This document shows, in pieces, positions 40,597-51,669 of a DNA stretch of 64,000 nt. Numbering within the stretch: the stretch's first letter is position 1; each line of letters opens with the position of its first letter. A program made the position numbers and the translations under genes. Source of the stretch: Nitrospirota bacterium (GTDB lineage: Bacteria; Nitrospirota; UBA9217); NCBI GenBank assembly GCA_963818475.1, contig CAWFSF010000001.1, positions 192,001 through 256,000 on the forward strand, in the 5' to 3' direction. A model generated the notes under the pieces. It worked only from the letters and a program-made list of their open reading frames with translations. It did not search any database and was not told the DNA's origin.

Positions 40597-40681
40597 CAGG
40601 AGCCAGGAGCCTGCATACAAAAGCCAGAATACACCTGCCTTGAAATTATTCTGACTTCTGACTTCTGACTTCTGACTTCTG
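40597..40681. repeat. Heptamer (TCTGACT)n imperfect palindrome between ispG and proS
   Basis: caggagccaggagcc...aagccagaata ... tattctgacttctgacttctgacttctgacttctg. Confidence 0.8.
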
Positions 40682-40685
40682 TTTT

Positions 40686-41751
40686 TTAACAATCTCTTCC
40701 ACTTCCTTTACCAGCGCATCGGCAAGGTCCTCTTCGGACAAGTTTCTTTACGATGTCGCCATACTTGAACAACAGGCCGACTCCCTTGCCGCCCGCGATC
40801 CCCGCATCGGCCTCGCGCGCTTCGCCCGGTCCGTTCACCACGCAGCCCATGACCGCGACGGTGATCGGTTCCTTGATATGCGCCAGCCGTTTCTCAACCT
40901 CCGATGCAAGGCCGATGATGTCGATCTCGGTCCTGCCGCAGGTGGGGCAGGAGATGATGTTCACCCCGCGCTGACGGACCTTGAGGGATTTCAGGATCTC
41001 GATAGGACACGCGCACTTCTTCGACCGGATCGGCCGTCAAAGAAACTCTCATCGTATCGCCGATGCCTTCGGCAAGCAGGATGCCGAGCCCTACGCTGGA
41101 CTTGATCGTTCCGGAATAGAGCGTGCCTGCTTCGGAGATGCCGATATGCAGCGGATAATCGGATTTTCCTGCAAAGAGACGGTACGACGCGACCGTGGTC
41201 ATCACGTCGGAAGCCTTGAGCGAAACCTTGAGGTCCGTGAAGTTCAGGTCCTCAAGGATGCGGATATGGCCGAAGGCGCTCTCGACGATCGCCTCGGGCG
41301 TCGGATGCTTATATTTTTCGAGCAGATGTTTTTCGAGCGAACCGGCATTCACGCCAATACGGATCGGGATGCCTTTGTCCTTGCAGGCCCGGACCACTTC
41401 GGACACTTTGTCGACCCCGCCGATGTTGCCGGGATTGATGCGCAGTCCGTCAACCCCCTGTTTGATCGCCTCGAGCGCAAGGCGATAGTCGAAGTGGATG
41501 TCCGCGATCAGCGGAAGCTTCGTGTGCTTCCGGATATCGCCCAGGGACTTCGCCGCCGCCTCATCAGGCACGGCAAGCCGCACGATCTCGCAGCCCGCCT
41601 GTTCGAGGTGGCTGATCTGTTCGAGCGTTTTCGCCGCGTTCCGCGTGTCCGTGTTGCACATGGACTGGACAGCGACCGGCGCGCCTCCGCCGATCTTGAC
41701 GCCGCCGAGGGTGATCTGTTTTGTCTGTTTGCGGGTTATGGGGCTGTCCAT
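40686..41751 (-). CDS. ispG: (E)-4-hydroxy-3-methylbut-2-enyl-diphosphate synthase (apparent frameshifts)
   Basis: [37 protein letters not shown]. Confidence 0.95.
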
Positions 41752-41786
41752 AGCGCGGTCTCCTGCCGCAACAAAAGAACAAACCT

Positions 41787-41908
41787 TTGACACGGATAAA
41801 ATCCGAAAAAGGCTATGATCAGAGCAGAAAAGTCAAAGATGCTGTCCTGCCTCTTCATACTAAAATCCGCCGTCGCTTAGAAGCGCCTACTTTTGGTATC
41901 CGTGTCTA
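41787..41908. repeat. Periodic inverted-repeat element (GACACGGAT type) carrying the 28-bp motif
   Basis: tgacacggata ... atccgc-cgtcgcttagaagcgcctacttttggta-tccgtgtcta. Confidence 0.7.
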
Positions 41909-41985
41909 AGATTCTTTTATTTTTTACCCTTCGCGAGTCCTTCACTGATCCTGCCGAGATAGCGGATCGAGGTGAGGTGTGGTTT

Positions 41986-43270
41986 TTACTTGCTGAAAAA
42001 CATTCTCATGATGTCGTTATAGGAAACCACGACGATCAGGGAGATCAGGACCGCCGCGCCGATGTTCTGCGACACTGCCATCACCTTCTGACTGAGCGGT
42101 TTCTTGCGGATCGCCTCGATCGCCAGGAACAGCAGCAGCCCGCCGTCGAGGATCGGGATCGGCAGCAGGTTCAGGATGCCGAGTGAGATGCTGATCATGG
42201 CCAGGAGCGACAGGAACGACGACAGCCCGGCAGCAGCAGCCTTGCCCGACATCTGGGCGATCATCACCGGCCCGCCAAGCGTCTTGATCGACAGGTTGAG
42301 CGTCAACAGCTTCTTGAGCGTTACGAAGGTGAGGTCGATGTACTCGATGGTCTTATCGAATCCCAGCCGCAGGGAATCCAGGAACCCGTACTGCTTGAAA
42401 ACGAGCCTCATGAGCGGCTCGACGCCGATGACATACTTCCCGTCCTTCTCGACCGGCGTGACCGTGACCGTACAGGGGCTTTCCCTCGCGTTCTACGGTG
42501 AGCGTGAGCTTCTTCCCTTCGCTTTTTTTGACCGCGGCTGAGAACTGGTTCCAGTAATAGACCGTCTTGCCGTCAACCTCGACGATCTTGTCATTCACCT
42601 TGATGCCCGCTTTCTCCGCGGGAAGCCCCGCCATCACCCCGCCGATCTCGGCAGGAAAATCCGGGTACAGGCCCGAGACGCCGATCTTTCTTTCCTGGTC
42701 CAGCTTCGGCCGGAGCGCCAGCGTCTTTCGTTCACCGTTCCGCTCGATCGTAACCGGGATATCCGTGTCCGGGTTGACGGCGAACAGCATTTCAGCCTTT
42801 TCCCAGTCCACCACGCTTCTCCCGTTGACCCGTTCAATGGTATCGCCGACCAGGAAGCCTGCCTGCTCCGCCGGCGAGTCTTTTTCCACATACCCCACCC
42901 GGGCCGCTCCCAGCGTATAGGTGCCGACCATGAACACCAGCGGCATGACCAGAAAGGCAAGCACGATATTCGTGAGCGGACCCGTTGCCGCGATCTTTGC
43001 GCGCTGCCACACGGTCTTGGACTGGAATTCGTCGGTCGCGCCGGTGGGCTCTTCGTCGGGATTCTCACCGGCCATCTTCACATACCCGCCGAGCGGGAGC
43101 GCCGAAAGAACGTACTCCGTATCGCCCTTCTTGAACCCGAAGACCTTGGGCCCCATGCCGAGCGAGAATTTCTCGACCCGCACCCCGGCCCGTTTTGCCA
43201 TGATGAAGTGGCCGAACTCGTGCACGAACACGAGGATGCCGATCACGATAAGAAAATAAATAAGTGTCAT
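41986..43270 (-). CDS. rseP: RIP metalloprotease RseP (apparent frameshift)
   Basis: HEFGH, two PDZ domains, NLLPIPILDGG. Confidence 0.95.
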
Positions 43271-43366
43271 TGTCTCCTCTTTGGTTAAAGCCGGATCGAA
43301 CCGGCACCGTCACGCTACCCTCTGCCACACGGGGAGAGGACTGTTGAGAAGATTTCATTCTGCATT

Positions 43367-44557
43367 TCATTCCGCATTCGATACATTCCGCACTCCGCAA
43401 TGCCGAAATGCCGCAATGAACTTCTCCGCTTCCTTCCTCGCCCAGAGGTCGGCTTTGAGCGCGTCCTCAACGGTCGTGATGGAGAACGGCGTATGGGCGT
43501 CCATGACGGACCGGATCACCCGGGCAATATCGGTATACCGGATCTTCTCGTCCAGGAAGTATTTGACCGCCACCTCGTTCGCTGCCGAAAGCACGGCCGG
43601 CATGCTGCCCCCTGCCTGAAGCGCATCGTAGGCGTAGGCAAGACAGGGAAAGCGTTCCATGTCCGGCTCCTCGAAGGTGAGCGTGCCGATGGCGGCAAGG
43701 TCGAGCGCGGGAGAGACATCATCAAGCCGCTCGGGATAGGAGAGCGCGTAGGCGATCGGGCCCTTCATGTCCGGCATGCCGAGCTGCGCCACGACCGCGC
43801 CGTCCGTGTATTCGACCATGGAATGGATGATGCTCTGCGGGTGCACCAGCACGCTGATCATCTCCGGCCGGAAGCCGAAAAGCCACCGCGCTTCGATCAC
43901 TTCCAGCCCCTTGTTCATGAGCGTGGCGGAATCGATGGTGATCTTCCTGCCCATGCTCCAGTTCGGGTGCTTCAGCGCCTGGGCCAGCGTCACCTGTTCA
44001 AGCTCTTTTTTTGCGAACGTCCTGAAGGGACCGCCCGAGGCGGTCACGATCAGCTTCCGGATGTCCTGGTTCGCGCCTGCATGGAGGCACTGAAAGATGG
44101 CGCTGTGCTCGCTGTCCACCGGAAGGAGTCTGACACCGCGGCTCCGGCACTCGGCCATGACCAGCTCGCCGGCGGTCACCAGCACTTCCTTGTTGGCCAG
44201 CGCGATCGTTTTCTTTGCATGGATCGCCGCCATGGTCGGCACGAGCCCGGCGGTCCCGACAATGGCGGAAACGGTGATCTCCGCTTCGTCCATGGCCGCC
44301 ACCTGGACCATGCCCTCGACGCCGGAGAGGACGGTGACCTTCAGATCGGCGCACCGCTGTTTCAGTTTTTCCGCAGAGGCCGGACTGACCACGGATACCA
44401 GCGACGGCTTGAACCGCCGCACCTGCTGTTCGAGGATCTCGATGTTGTTCCCCGCAGCAAGCGCCACGACCTTGAAACGGTCCGGATACTTCTCCACAAC
44501 CGCAAGCGTCGACTGCCCGATGGACCCGGTGGAACCTAATAGTGCGATGTTTTTCAA
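43367..44557 (-). CDS. dxr: 1-deoxy-D-xylulose-5-phosphate reductoisomerase
   Basis: LGSTGSIG, LANKE, PVDSEH, HPNWSMG, NKGLE. Confidence 0.97.
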   Translation of the reverse strand: MKNIALLGSTGSIGQSTLAVVEKYPDRFKVVALAAGNNIEILEQQVRRFKPSLVSVVSPASAEKLKQRCADLKVTVLSGVEGMVQVAAMDEAEITVSAIVGTAGLVPTMAAIHAKKTIALANKEVLVTAGELVMAECRSRGVRLLPVDSEHSAIFQCLHAGANQDIRKLIVTASGGPFRTFAKKELEQVTLAQALKHPNWSMGRKITIDSATLMNKGLEVIEARWLFGFRPEMISVLVHPQSIIHSMVEYTDGAVVAQLGMPDMKGPIAYALSYPERLDDVSPALDLAAIGTLTFEEPDMERFPCLAYAYDALQAGGSMPAVLSAANEVAVKYFLDEKIRYTDIARVIRSVMDAHTPFSITTVEDALKADLWARKEAEKFIAAFRHCGVRNVSNAE

Positions 44558-44567
44558 TGCCGTTTAC

Positions 44568-44598
44568 TCCGCAATCCGAAATCCGCAATCCGCAATCG
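44568..44598. repeat. Heptamer half-site between cdsA and dxr
   Basis: tccgcaatccgaaatccgcaatccgcaatcg. Confidence 0.75.
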
Positions 44599-44599
44599 A

Positions 44600-45399
44600 C
44601 TATCGCATCCTGAGATAATAATACAACACCGGCGCTGCGAAGAGCATGCTGTCCATGCGGTCCAGGATGCCGCCATGCCCGGGAATGATCGTCCCCGAAT
44701 CCTTGACCCCTGCTGCGCGTTTGAACAGCGACTCCACCAGATCGCCGATCGTGCCGGCCACTGCCAGCGCCAGGGCGATCCCGACAGCAGAACCCGTGTC
44801 GATGGACGGCATGAACCACCATCGGCAGAGCAGTGCCATGCCCGCGGACGCGACCAGCGCGCCGATCAAGTCCTTCAATGCTTTTCTTGGGACTGATCTT
44901 TTCGTACAGCCGGTGCCTGCCGAAGGGTATGCCGATGGAATAGGCCCCGATGTCGGATGCCCAGATGATGAAATACAGGAACACCAGCCATTGTCTGCCG
45001 TCACTTCCCGTGCGGATGGAGACCTGAAAGCTGAACAGCAGCGCCACGTAGACTATTCCCATGAAGGTTGCTGAAACATCCTCGATCGCCCCTTCGACCG
45101 GACGGGCTGAAAAAAGACGGGCAACCATGATCGCGAGCAGGCATGCGCCGAGCAGGAACGCACCTGCGGCGGGAATCAGCGGATGATAGGCATCCAGGAT
45201 CACCAGCGCGCCGAGCGCGCTCCCGAGGAGGGCGCTCGGAGCGGATGCCGCGTGCCTGCGCCATGCGGTAGAACTCGTACTGCCCCAGGACGGCAGCAAC
45301 CATCACGAGCGCAAGGAAATAGATCGGCGGCAGTTTCCAGGTGAACAGATAGAAGATGGGAAGGAACAGGAGTCCCGACAGCACCCGTTTGTAGAGCAT
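44600..45399 (-). CDS. cdsA: Phosphatidate cytidylyltransferase (apparent frameshifts)
   Basis: WASDIGAY, ISPKKSIEG, GDLVESLFKRAAGVKDSG..PGHGGILDRMD. Confidence 0.93.
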
Positions 45400-45429
45400 G
45401 CATTTCTCCCTTGCTGCGGACCGCGGCCG

Positions 45430-46187
45430 CTACTTGCGCACCAGTTGTTCCTGGGTGAGTCCAAAGCGCCGCTGACGCCCCTGGTAATCGAGGATGGCGC
45501 GCAGCAGATCCTCGGCTTTGAAGTCGGGCCACAGGATGTCGGTAAAATAGAGCTCCGCATACGCCGCCTGCCACAGGAGAAAATTGCTGATCCGCTTTTC
45601 GCCGCTCGTCCGGATAATGAGGTCCGGGTCCGGGAGGCCCGCTGTATCGAGATGGGCGGAGAAGGCCTCTTCCGTGAGATCGCCGGTCAACCCGCCGGCC
45701 TCGGACAGCCGCTTGATCGCCTCGATGATCTCGCCGCGGCCGCCGTAGGACAGCGCCAGGTTCAGGACCATGCCGGTGTTGCCGGCGGTCTCGGTCATGG
45801 CGCGGTCGATCCATGTCCGCACCGTTTCAGGCAGCCGTTCGGTCCTGCCGATGGTGCGGAACCGGATGCCGTTCTTTTTCATGGTCGCGATCTCGGACCG
45901 CAGAAAGGAGCCGAGCATGTCCATGAGAAAGCCCACTTCTTCGCGGGGCCGTCCCCAGTTCTCGTCGGAAAAAGCATAGAGGGTCAGGACCTTCACCCCG
46001 AGCGCACGGCACTCCTCCGTGACCAGCCGTACCGTATCGGCGCCCTTCTTGTGGCCGGCGATGCGCGGCATGCCGCGCTGCATGGCCCACCGGCCGTTGC
46101 CGTCCATGATGATGGCAACGTGCTTCGGCAGACCGTTCCGGCCACGCTGGCGCGAAGTTCTTCGACCGTCGGCATTTTGTTCTTCAT
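45430..46187 (-). CDS. uppS: Undecaprenyl diphosphate synthase (apparent frameshift near the start)
   Basis: MDGNGRWA, YAFSDENW, IRTSGEKRISNFLLWQ, RRFG. Confidence 0.95.
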
Positions 46188-46236
46188 GCGTGCTGCATCT
46201 CCATCCCCGGGCTGCGCGACCTTGCCACGCAGCCGT

Positions 46237-48060
46237 TTACTTCATCGAATAGCTCATGACCTGCATGGCGTCTCTGGTGAACAGCCCGCCTTTGGCCTTT
46301 ACCAGGGCTGCAACCTGCGGCGCTGCGGCGCCCTGGGGGATGATCGCGATATCATAGACCGGCCCGCTTATGTCCTTGACGCTCCAGACCTGTTCGAGCC
46401 GTGCGCCGGTCCAGGCCAGACCGTTGAGTTCGGCCCCGGTGAACGCGCCGAGCATGCTTGAGCCGATATTCTTCTGGACAACGATCTCGTCCTTGCCGTC
46501 GTTGTTCAGGTCGCCCGCGACGACCCGTCCCCGGATCTTGACCCGTTGCGACTTGTCCAGCGCTGTTGCCTGCCGGGACAGCACGGCGTCGATCCCGGTG
46601 ACCGGCTTGTAGACAAAGAGCCCGACGCCGGCATACTGTTCCGCGCTCTTCCAGACCATGGTCTGTCCGGAATAGACCATCAGGTGGTCATCATCATCAA
46701 GCGCCACCAGCAGCGGCTGCCGGTCTCCCAGGTTGGCATAGGTCCAGCCGTACAATCCCAGCTCCTTCGGCAGCGTGAACTCTGCGCCGGCAACGTATTT
46801 CCCTTCAACCGCGGAATAGACCTTCGGCTGCCCGGCAAAGAAGGTCACCGGGTCATAGGCCTGTCCGATCAGCACCGCACCCTTCCCGGGATAACTGAGC
46901 ACGCGGAGGAAGCCGGGGACGTCGGCGATGCGGCGGTAGCCGCCCTCCTGGAATTCGATGACGTAGGAAAAGACCTTGCCGCCGAACATGGCCGTCACAA
47001 AGATCTCAGGCCTGCCGTTGCCGTTCATGTCCGCGCTCTCGACGTTGATCTGCTCCATGGTCGAAGCCGGGTCGGCCTGCGCGGACTGCCCGAACCATTC
47101 CAACGTCGCGGCATCGCGCTTCACCGCGGTTTCGGTCCAGACCTCATGCCAGCCGGAAGGTTCGTTCCGGTAGAGGTGAAGCCTGGTCCCGTCGGAAAAC
47201 GCGTAGACCGGCTTGCCGTTCCCTTCAAAATCGCCGTACACAAAAGCGCGCGCCAGAAAGGGCAGCTCAGGCGCTGCACTGCTCTTCTGTTCCCCTGCCG
47301 GGACCGGGGCGAAAAAAGGTTTGATGTCGCCCAGGGCCTCTTTCCCTGATTTCTCATCAAGCAGCGCCACGATGGTATCGAGCTGCCGGCCTTCTTCGGT
47401 ATAGAATATCCGCGCCATCACCATCAGCCTGCCCTCGGTGGGATAGAGGCCGAGCACCACGACCGCATCGACATTCAAAGCACTGCCCATGTCTTTGATC
47501 ATCGAACTATCCATGAATTTGCGCTCTTTGACGAACGCGGCGGTCTTGCTGCTCTCGAGGACCGAGAACCTGCCCGATGCGGCCAGCTGGTCCGCGAGCT
47601 GCTGCACCAGTTCAGGACGGCCCGCCGTGAGCGGAACGATCGCAAGGTTGATCTTTTTCGGCGTGATCCTCGCCCGGTCGCCCGGTTTGGGGTCCTTCTG
47701 CTTCTTCCTGACCACTGCCGTCGAGGAACCATCCCCAACAACGGTCACCTCAACGGTCCCGATCTCCTCCTCTTCCCGTCCGAGCACGATGCCGGAAACA
47801 GGATGCAGGATCTCCTTGCCGTCCCGCCAGAGCGTGAGGGTCATGCCGGGCATCAGCCCCTCTCTGGTGCCGAGCGCGATCGTGAGGCGGTCCGCCTGCA
47901 CAGCCTTCACCTCGCCCTGCACCTTCGGAAAATAGAACGTGATCTCCGTCGCCAGTTCATCAATGGAGCGAAACTCTTCGGGGCCCAGCGGCTTGTCTGC
48001 GGCAAACACCGGCGAACCGAGTGATGCTGCCAGCAGGACCAGTGCGATTATCGTTCTCAT
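46237..48060 (-). CDS. Exported protein with FG-GAP/VCBS-like repeats
   Basis: Signal peptide; GDFEGNG, ADMNGNGRPEI, GDLNNDGKDEI. Confidence 0.75.
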   Translation of the reverse strand: MRTIIALVLLAASLGSPVFAADKPLGPEEFRSIDELATEITFYFPKVQGEVKAVQADRLTIALGTREGLMPGMTLTLWRDGKEILHPVSGIVLGREEEEIGTVEVTVVGDGSSTAVVRKKQKDPKPGDRARITPKKINLAIVPLTAGRPELVQQLADQLAASGRFSVLESSKTAAFVKERKFMDSSMIKDMGSALNVDAVVVLGLYPTEGRLMVMARIFYTEEGRQLDTIVALLDEKSGKEALGDIKPFFAPVPAGEQKSSAAPELPFLARAFVYGDFEGNGKPVYAFSDGTRLHLYRNEPSGWHEVWTETAVKRDAATLEWFGQSAQADPASTMEQINVESADMNGNGRPEIFVTAMFGGKVFSYVIEFQEGGYRRIADVPGFLRVLSYPGKGAVLIGQAYDPVTFFAGQPKVYSAVEGKYVAGAEFTLPKELGLYGWTYANLGDRQPLLVALDDDDHLMVYSGQTMVWKSAEQYAGVGLFVYKPVTGIDAVLSRQATALDKSQRVKIRGRVVAGDLNNDGKDEIVVQKNIGSSMLGAFTGAELNGLAWTGARLEQVWSVKDISGPVYDIAIIPQGAAAPQVAALVKAKGGLFTRDAMQVMSYSMK

Positions 48061-48114
48061 ACCTGATATCCTCTTTTCTATCATCGTAACCCGTATAAAC
48101 CGCAACCCAACTAT

Positions 48115-48218
48115 GCCACGAAGTCACGAAGGCACTAAGAAATCGAAATCATGGAGCAGATTTTTCTTTTTATCTAGGCGGTCATTTATTCTACTTCGTA
48201 TCTTCGTGCCTTCGTGGC
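48115..48218. repeat. Gene-less CACGAAG inverted-repeat element (8-nt period)
   Basis: gccacgaagtcacgaaggcactaag ... cttcgtatcttcgtgccttcgtggc. Confidence 0.85.
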
Positions 48219-48324
48219 AAAAAGATTTGACGATCAATCTTTTGATTTTAACTGCCGTTATCCGATGTTACCGGCTCTTCCGTGTAAATCCGTGTCCAAA
48301 AGACTCTTTCCCGTATTGCCCGGA

Positions 48325-50534
48325 TCACTCCACCTTCACCCGGATCTCCGTCTCCCACGTGGCGCCCGCGCCGAGCGAGATGCGCCAGAGCGGCATCACC
48401 ATCGAGCTCTGGTACACGCGCTCGAACCCGGATTCGGACTGCGATACGGTCTCGACCGGCGCGCGCCAGAGCACCACGGGCTGCGAGAACAGGAGCGACA
48501 GCTTGAGCCTGAGCCATTCATCGACGAGGCTCACCTGCTTCACGTTGTTCGTTTCCCCGCTCGACGCGAGATGCCGTTTGTCCAGCGTATGGCCGGGGAT
48601 GTCGTAATAGCGGTCATGGGCATTGCCGGCCAGGAGCGAGAAATTGAACTCGCTGCCGAAGGTCGTGTTCAGTTCTTCGCTGCTCAGGTTCGTTATGGCA
48701 TACCGCGCCAGGAACCCGCGCCTCGCCGGAGCGCAGGAGCAGCTCCTTCCGCAGGCTGACGGCCAGGCCGGCGACCGTGCCGCTGCGCTCCAGCGTGACG
48801 ATCGCGGAGCCGCCCGCTCTCCGGGACGTCATGCGGTAGGCCCCCAGCACGAAATCGCCGGTCTCGTAATATTCGGACCGCATGAAGCTCGCCAGATCAA
48901 CGCCCGACCCCAGGAAATGGTCGAGGAGCGAACCCCGGGTGTACCAGTCGTACTGCAGATGGTGCTGCAGGCCTTCTTCCTTGACCGCCACGCGTTCGTG
49001 AATGGTCTTTGCGCCGTCAACGGACGCGCCGGCTGCCGCGCCCTTCACCGCATCAAGAAGCTTGCTGTGATAGCACTTCTCGTCTGCGCGTGAGCGTGTT
49101 CGTCAGATTGAACGACCGCGGCTTCCAGTCGATCTCCGTGATCCTGCCGCCCTCCGCCGGATCGATGAACAGATTGAGCAGCTCCGAGTTCATCATGACC
49201 TCGTCGCGTCCATCCCGGTCAAAGTCGCCCTTCTTCGATCTCGAGCCAGGAAGGTGTCGTCTGCTCTTTTTTCTGTTTTCCCTGACCCCTGGACCCTGGA
49301 CCCTGGACCCTGCAGGTTCAGCACACTGTCCGCCAGATACTCCGCCTGGATCAGCTGCTCGTAGATGCCGGTGCGCAGATGCGGCAGGTAGAGGCCGCCG
49401 AACACGCCGTGCCAGTAGGCGTCGTTGCACTGCGCCTGGTACACATGGTCCAGCATGCGGGCAGCCTCGGCGCCTTTTTTCACGCCCTGCGCCTCGAGCG
49501 CGGCCAATGCCGCACCGGCCTTCCGGCTTGCCATGAGCATCCGCTTGTGCATGTGGTTGCTTTCGGAATACTTGGTGAAGAAGTTCCGCCAGATGCCGCC
49601 CTTGGATGAATGGCCGGAGCCCGCTGAACTCCGGCTTGCCTTTGACCGTTTCGAGCGCGTCGTCGTACTCTTTCATGGCGCGTGTGGGCAGCGTCCACTC
49701 GCCCATCTCCATGTACGACGCCGTGGGCAGATAGACCCTGCCGCGCGGCGGCTCCTGGTCCGCGAATTCCGAAAACGTGGTCGTCTCGAGCCATTCGCTG
49801 TTCTGTTCGATGAGCGTGAAGAACCGGTCGAGCCAGCCCTCTTCGTACACGGTGCGGTAGGTCTCGGGCCAGACGCCGAACTTCTCGCCGTCGTCGGCCA
49901 TGACCGACAGCCGGTATCTCGAGGGAGAACGCAGCGTTGCCAGGTATTCGAGCGTCTCCTCCGGCGGGTGGAACGGGATGAGGTACCGGAGCCGTTCGCT
50001 GCCCGGGAACACGCGCACGATCCCGTTCTGCTCTTCCGTCAGGTAGTAGCCGTCCAGTTCGTCGTCGTGCAGGCCGGCCATCTTGAAATGAAAATCATCG
50101 ACCACCACATGGTCGATGCCCGCTTCGGCGATGAACTTCGGCAGATGGGGTTCCCAGACCCGCTCGGCGAGCCACATGCCGCGGGCCTGGTATCCCAGCG
50201 TCGTGTCGATGAAGGCGGAGAGCTTCCGGATCTGGCCGATCTTGTCCTCGTCAGGAAGCACCGCGAGGATCGGCTCGTAGAACCCGCCGGACAGGATCTC
50301 GGCGCGGCCCCCGGCAACGAACCGCTTCAGCATATCGATAAACTCGGGATGTTTCTGCTCAAAGAACCGGTAAAGGATGCCGGTGTAATGCAGCGTGATC
50401 TTGATCGACGGGTGCCGGTCAAGGACCTTCAGGAACGGGAGGTAGGATTTCTGATAGGCTTCCTCTGCCACGAAATCAAAATTGCCGACCGGCTGATGGT
50501 TATGGATGGCAAATATAAATTGAACCTTGGGCAT
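48325..50534 (-). CDS. GH57 alpha-amylase/4-alpha-glucanotransferase (apparent frameshifts)
   Basis: HNHQPVGN, WLAERVW, ADDGEKFG, QCNDAYWHGVFGGLY; C-terminal YQSS domain. Confidence 0.9.
49282..49312. repeat. (GGACCCT)n heptamer tract inside the GH57 gene
   Basis: ctgacccctggaccctggaccctggaccctg, translated QGPGSRVQGSG. Confidence 0.75.
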
Positions 50535-50584
50535 GTCCGGTGTCCGTCTTTTCCGCTATTTTTCCGCTGCGAATGCAAAGTGAA

Positions 50585-50613
50585 ATAGTAGCCCTACAGC
50601 CGGGAAAAGTCAA
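50585..50613 (-). promoter_or_regulatory. Sigma70 promoter of the GH57 gene
   Basis: TTGACT-N17-TACTAT. Confidence 0.6.
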
Positions 50614-50713
50614 CCAAAATGAGAGGATAGAGCCATGGTAGGCATCGATGCTCCTGAGGGAAGAGGCCGGCGGCGGCTTATCCAGCTGCCGCGACCAGGG
50701 TCAGAAGCGGCGC

Positions 50714-51445
50714 TTAAGCCGTTCTCTTTACGAGCCTCCCTGCAAGATACAAGAACATCGCTGCATAGGCGGCAAGGATGAGCACGGAACCCATAGCCGG
50801 ACTGCTGCCTCCTGCCAGCCCGCGAAGCACGATGCTGGCATGCGTCAGCGGATAGACCATGATCATGCTCTGGAAGGGCTGCGGCAGCCGGTCCGGCGAA
50901 AAGAACGTGCCTGCCAGGAACGACATGGGGATGATGAAGAAGCTGTTGAAATTCGCCATGTCCTCATGGGAGTGGGCAAGCATGGCCGCGGCAACGCCCA
51001 TGGCCCCGAAACAGAAGGCAGTGAGCGCCAGCACGGCAAAGAAAGAAAGCGAGTAGTGCAGGTGCACGCCCGTGGCCAGGCCCACCAGCACCAGCATGAG
51101 CGCCGAGAACAGCCCGCGGCCCAGGCCGGTCAGCGTCCTGCCCAGGGCGATGTCCCAGGGGCTCACCGGCGAAACGAGCACCTCTTCGATCGTCTTGGTG
51201 TAGAGCTTGCTGATGTTGAGCGACGTCGAGACGGGGCCGAAGCTGTTGTTCATGGCCGAGAGCGCCAGGATGCCGGGCAGCACGAATTCGAGATAGGTGC
51301 CGCCTCCCACGTTCATGCCGCGGCCCAGGCCCCAGCCGAAGGTCACGAGGTACAGAAGCGGCATGACCAGGCTCGACGCCAGGAACCGCCAGGGCTTCTT
51401 GCGGATCAGCATGATCTCTTTCCAGATGATGGGGTAGAAGTTCAT
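50714..51445 (-). CDS. ABC-2 type transporter permease
   Basis: YLEFVLPGI, six TM helices, FLAGTFF, YPLTH. Confidence 0.9.
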   Translation of the reverse strand: MNFYPIIWKEIMLIRKKPWRFLASSLVMPLLYLVTFGWGLGRGMNVGGGTYLEFVLPGILALSAMNNSFGPVSTSLNISKLYTKTIEEVLVSPVSPWDIALGRTLTGLGRGLFSALMLVLVGLATGVHLHYSLSFFAVLALTAFCFGAMGVAAAMLAHSHEDMANFNSFFIIPMSFLAGTFFSPDRLPQPFQSMIMVYPLTHASIVLRGLAGGSSPAMGSVLILAAYAAMFLYLAGRLVKRTA

Positions 51446-51475
51446 GACAATCCTTATAATTCATGAAATCGTTCC

Positions 51476-51621
51476 GCCACGGAGTCACGGAGACACGGAG
51501 TGAATAAAATCTTTTGCATATTACATCACAAAAAGATACCATCCACCCCAAAGACGCTGAGACACAGAGAAAAGCAATCCGAAAGAATGTGGTTCTCTCC
51601 GGCCTCCGTGTCTCCGTGGTT
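51476..51621. repeat. Periodic inverted-repeat element (CACGGAG type) between the ABC subunits
   Basis: gccacggagtcacggagacacggag ... ctccggcctccgtgtctccgtggt; heptamer half-site at 51649-51668. Confidence 0.8.
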
Positions 51622-51669
51622 AAACCGTGCTTGCAGTTCGTCTTTTTGAATCCGAAATCCGCAATCGAT

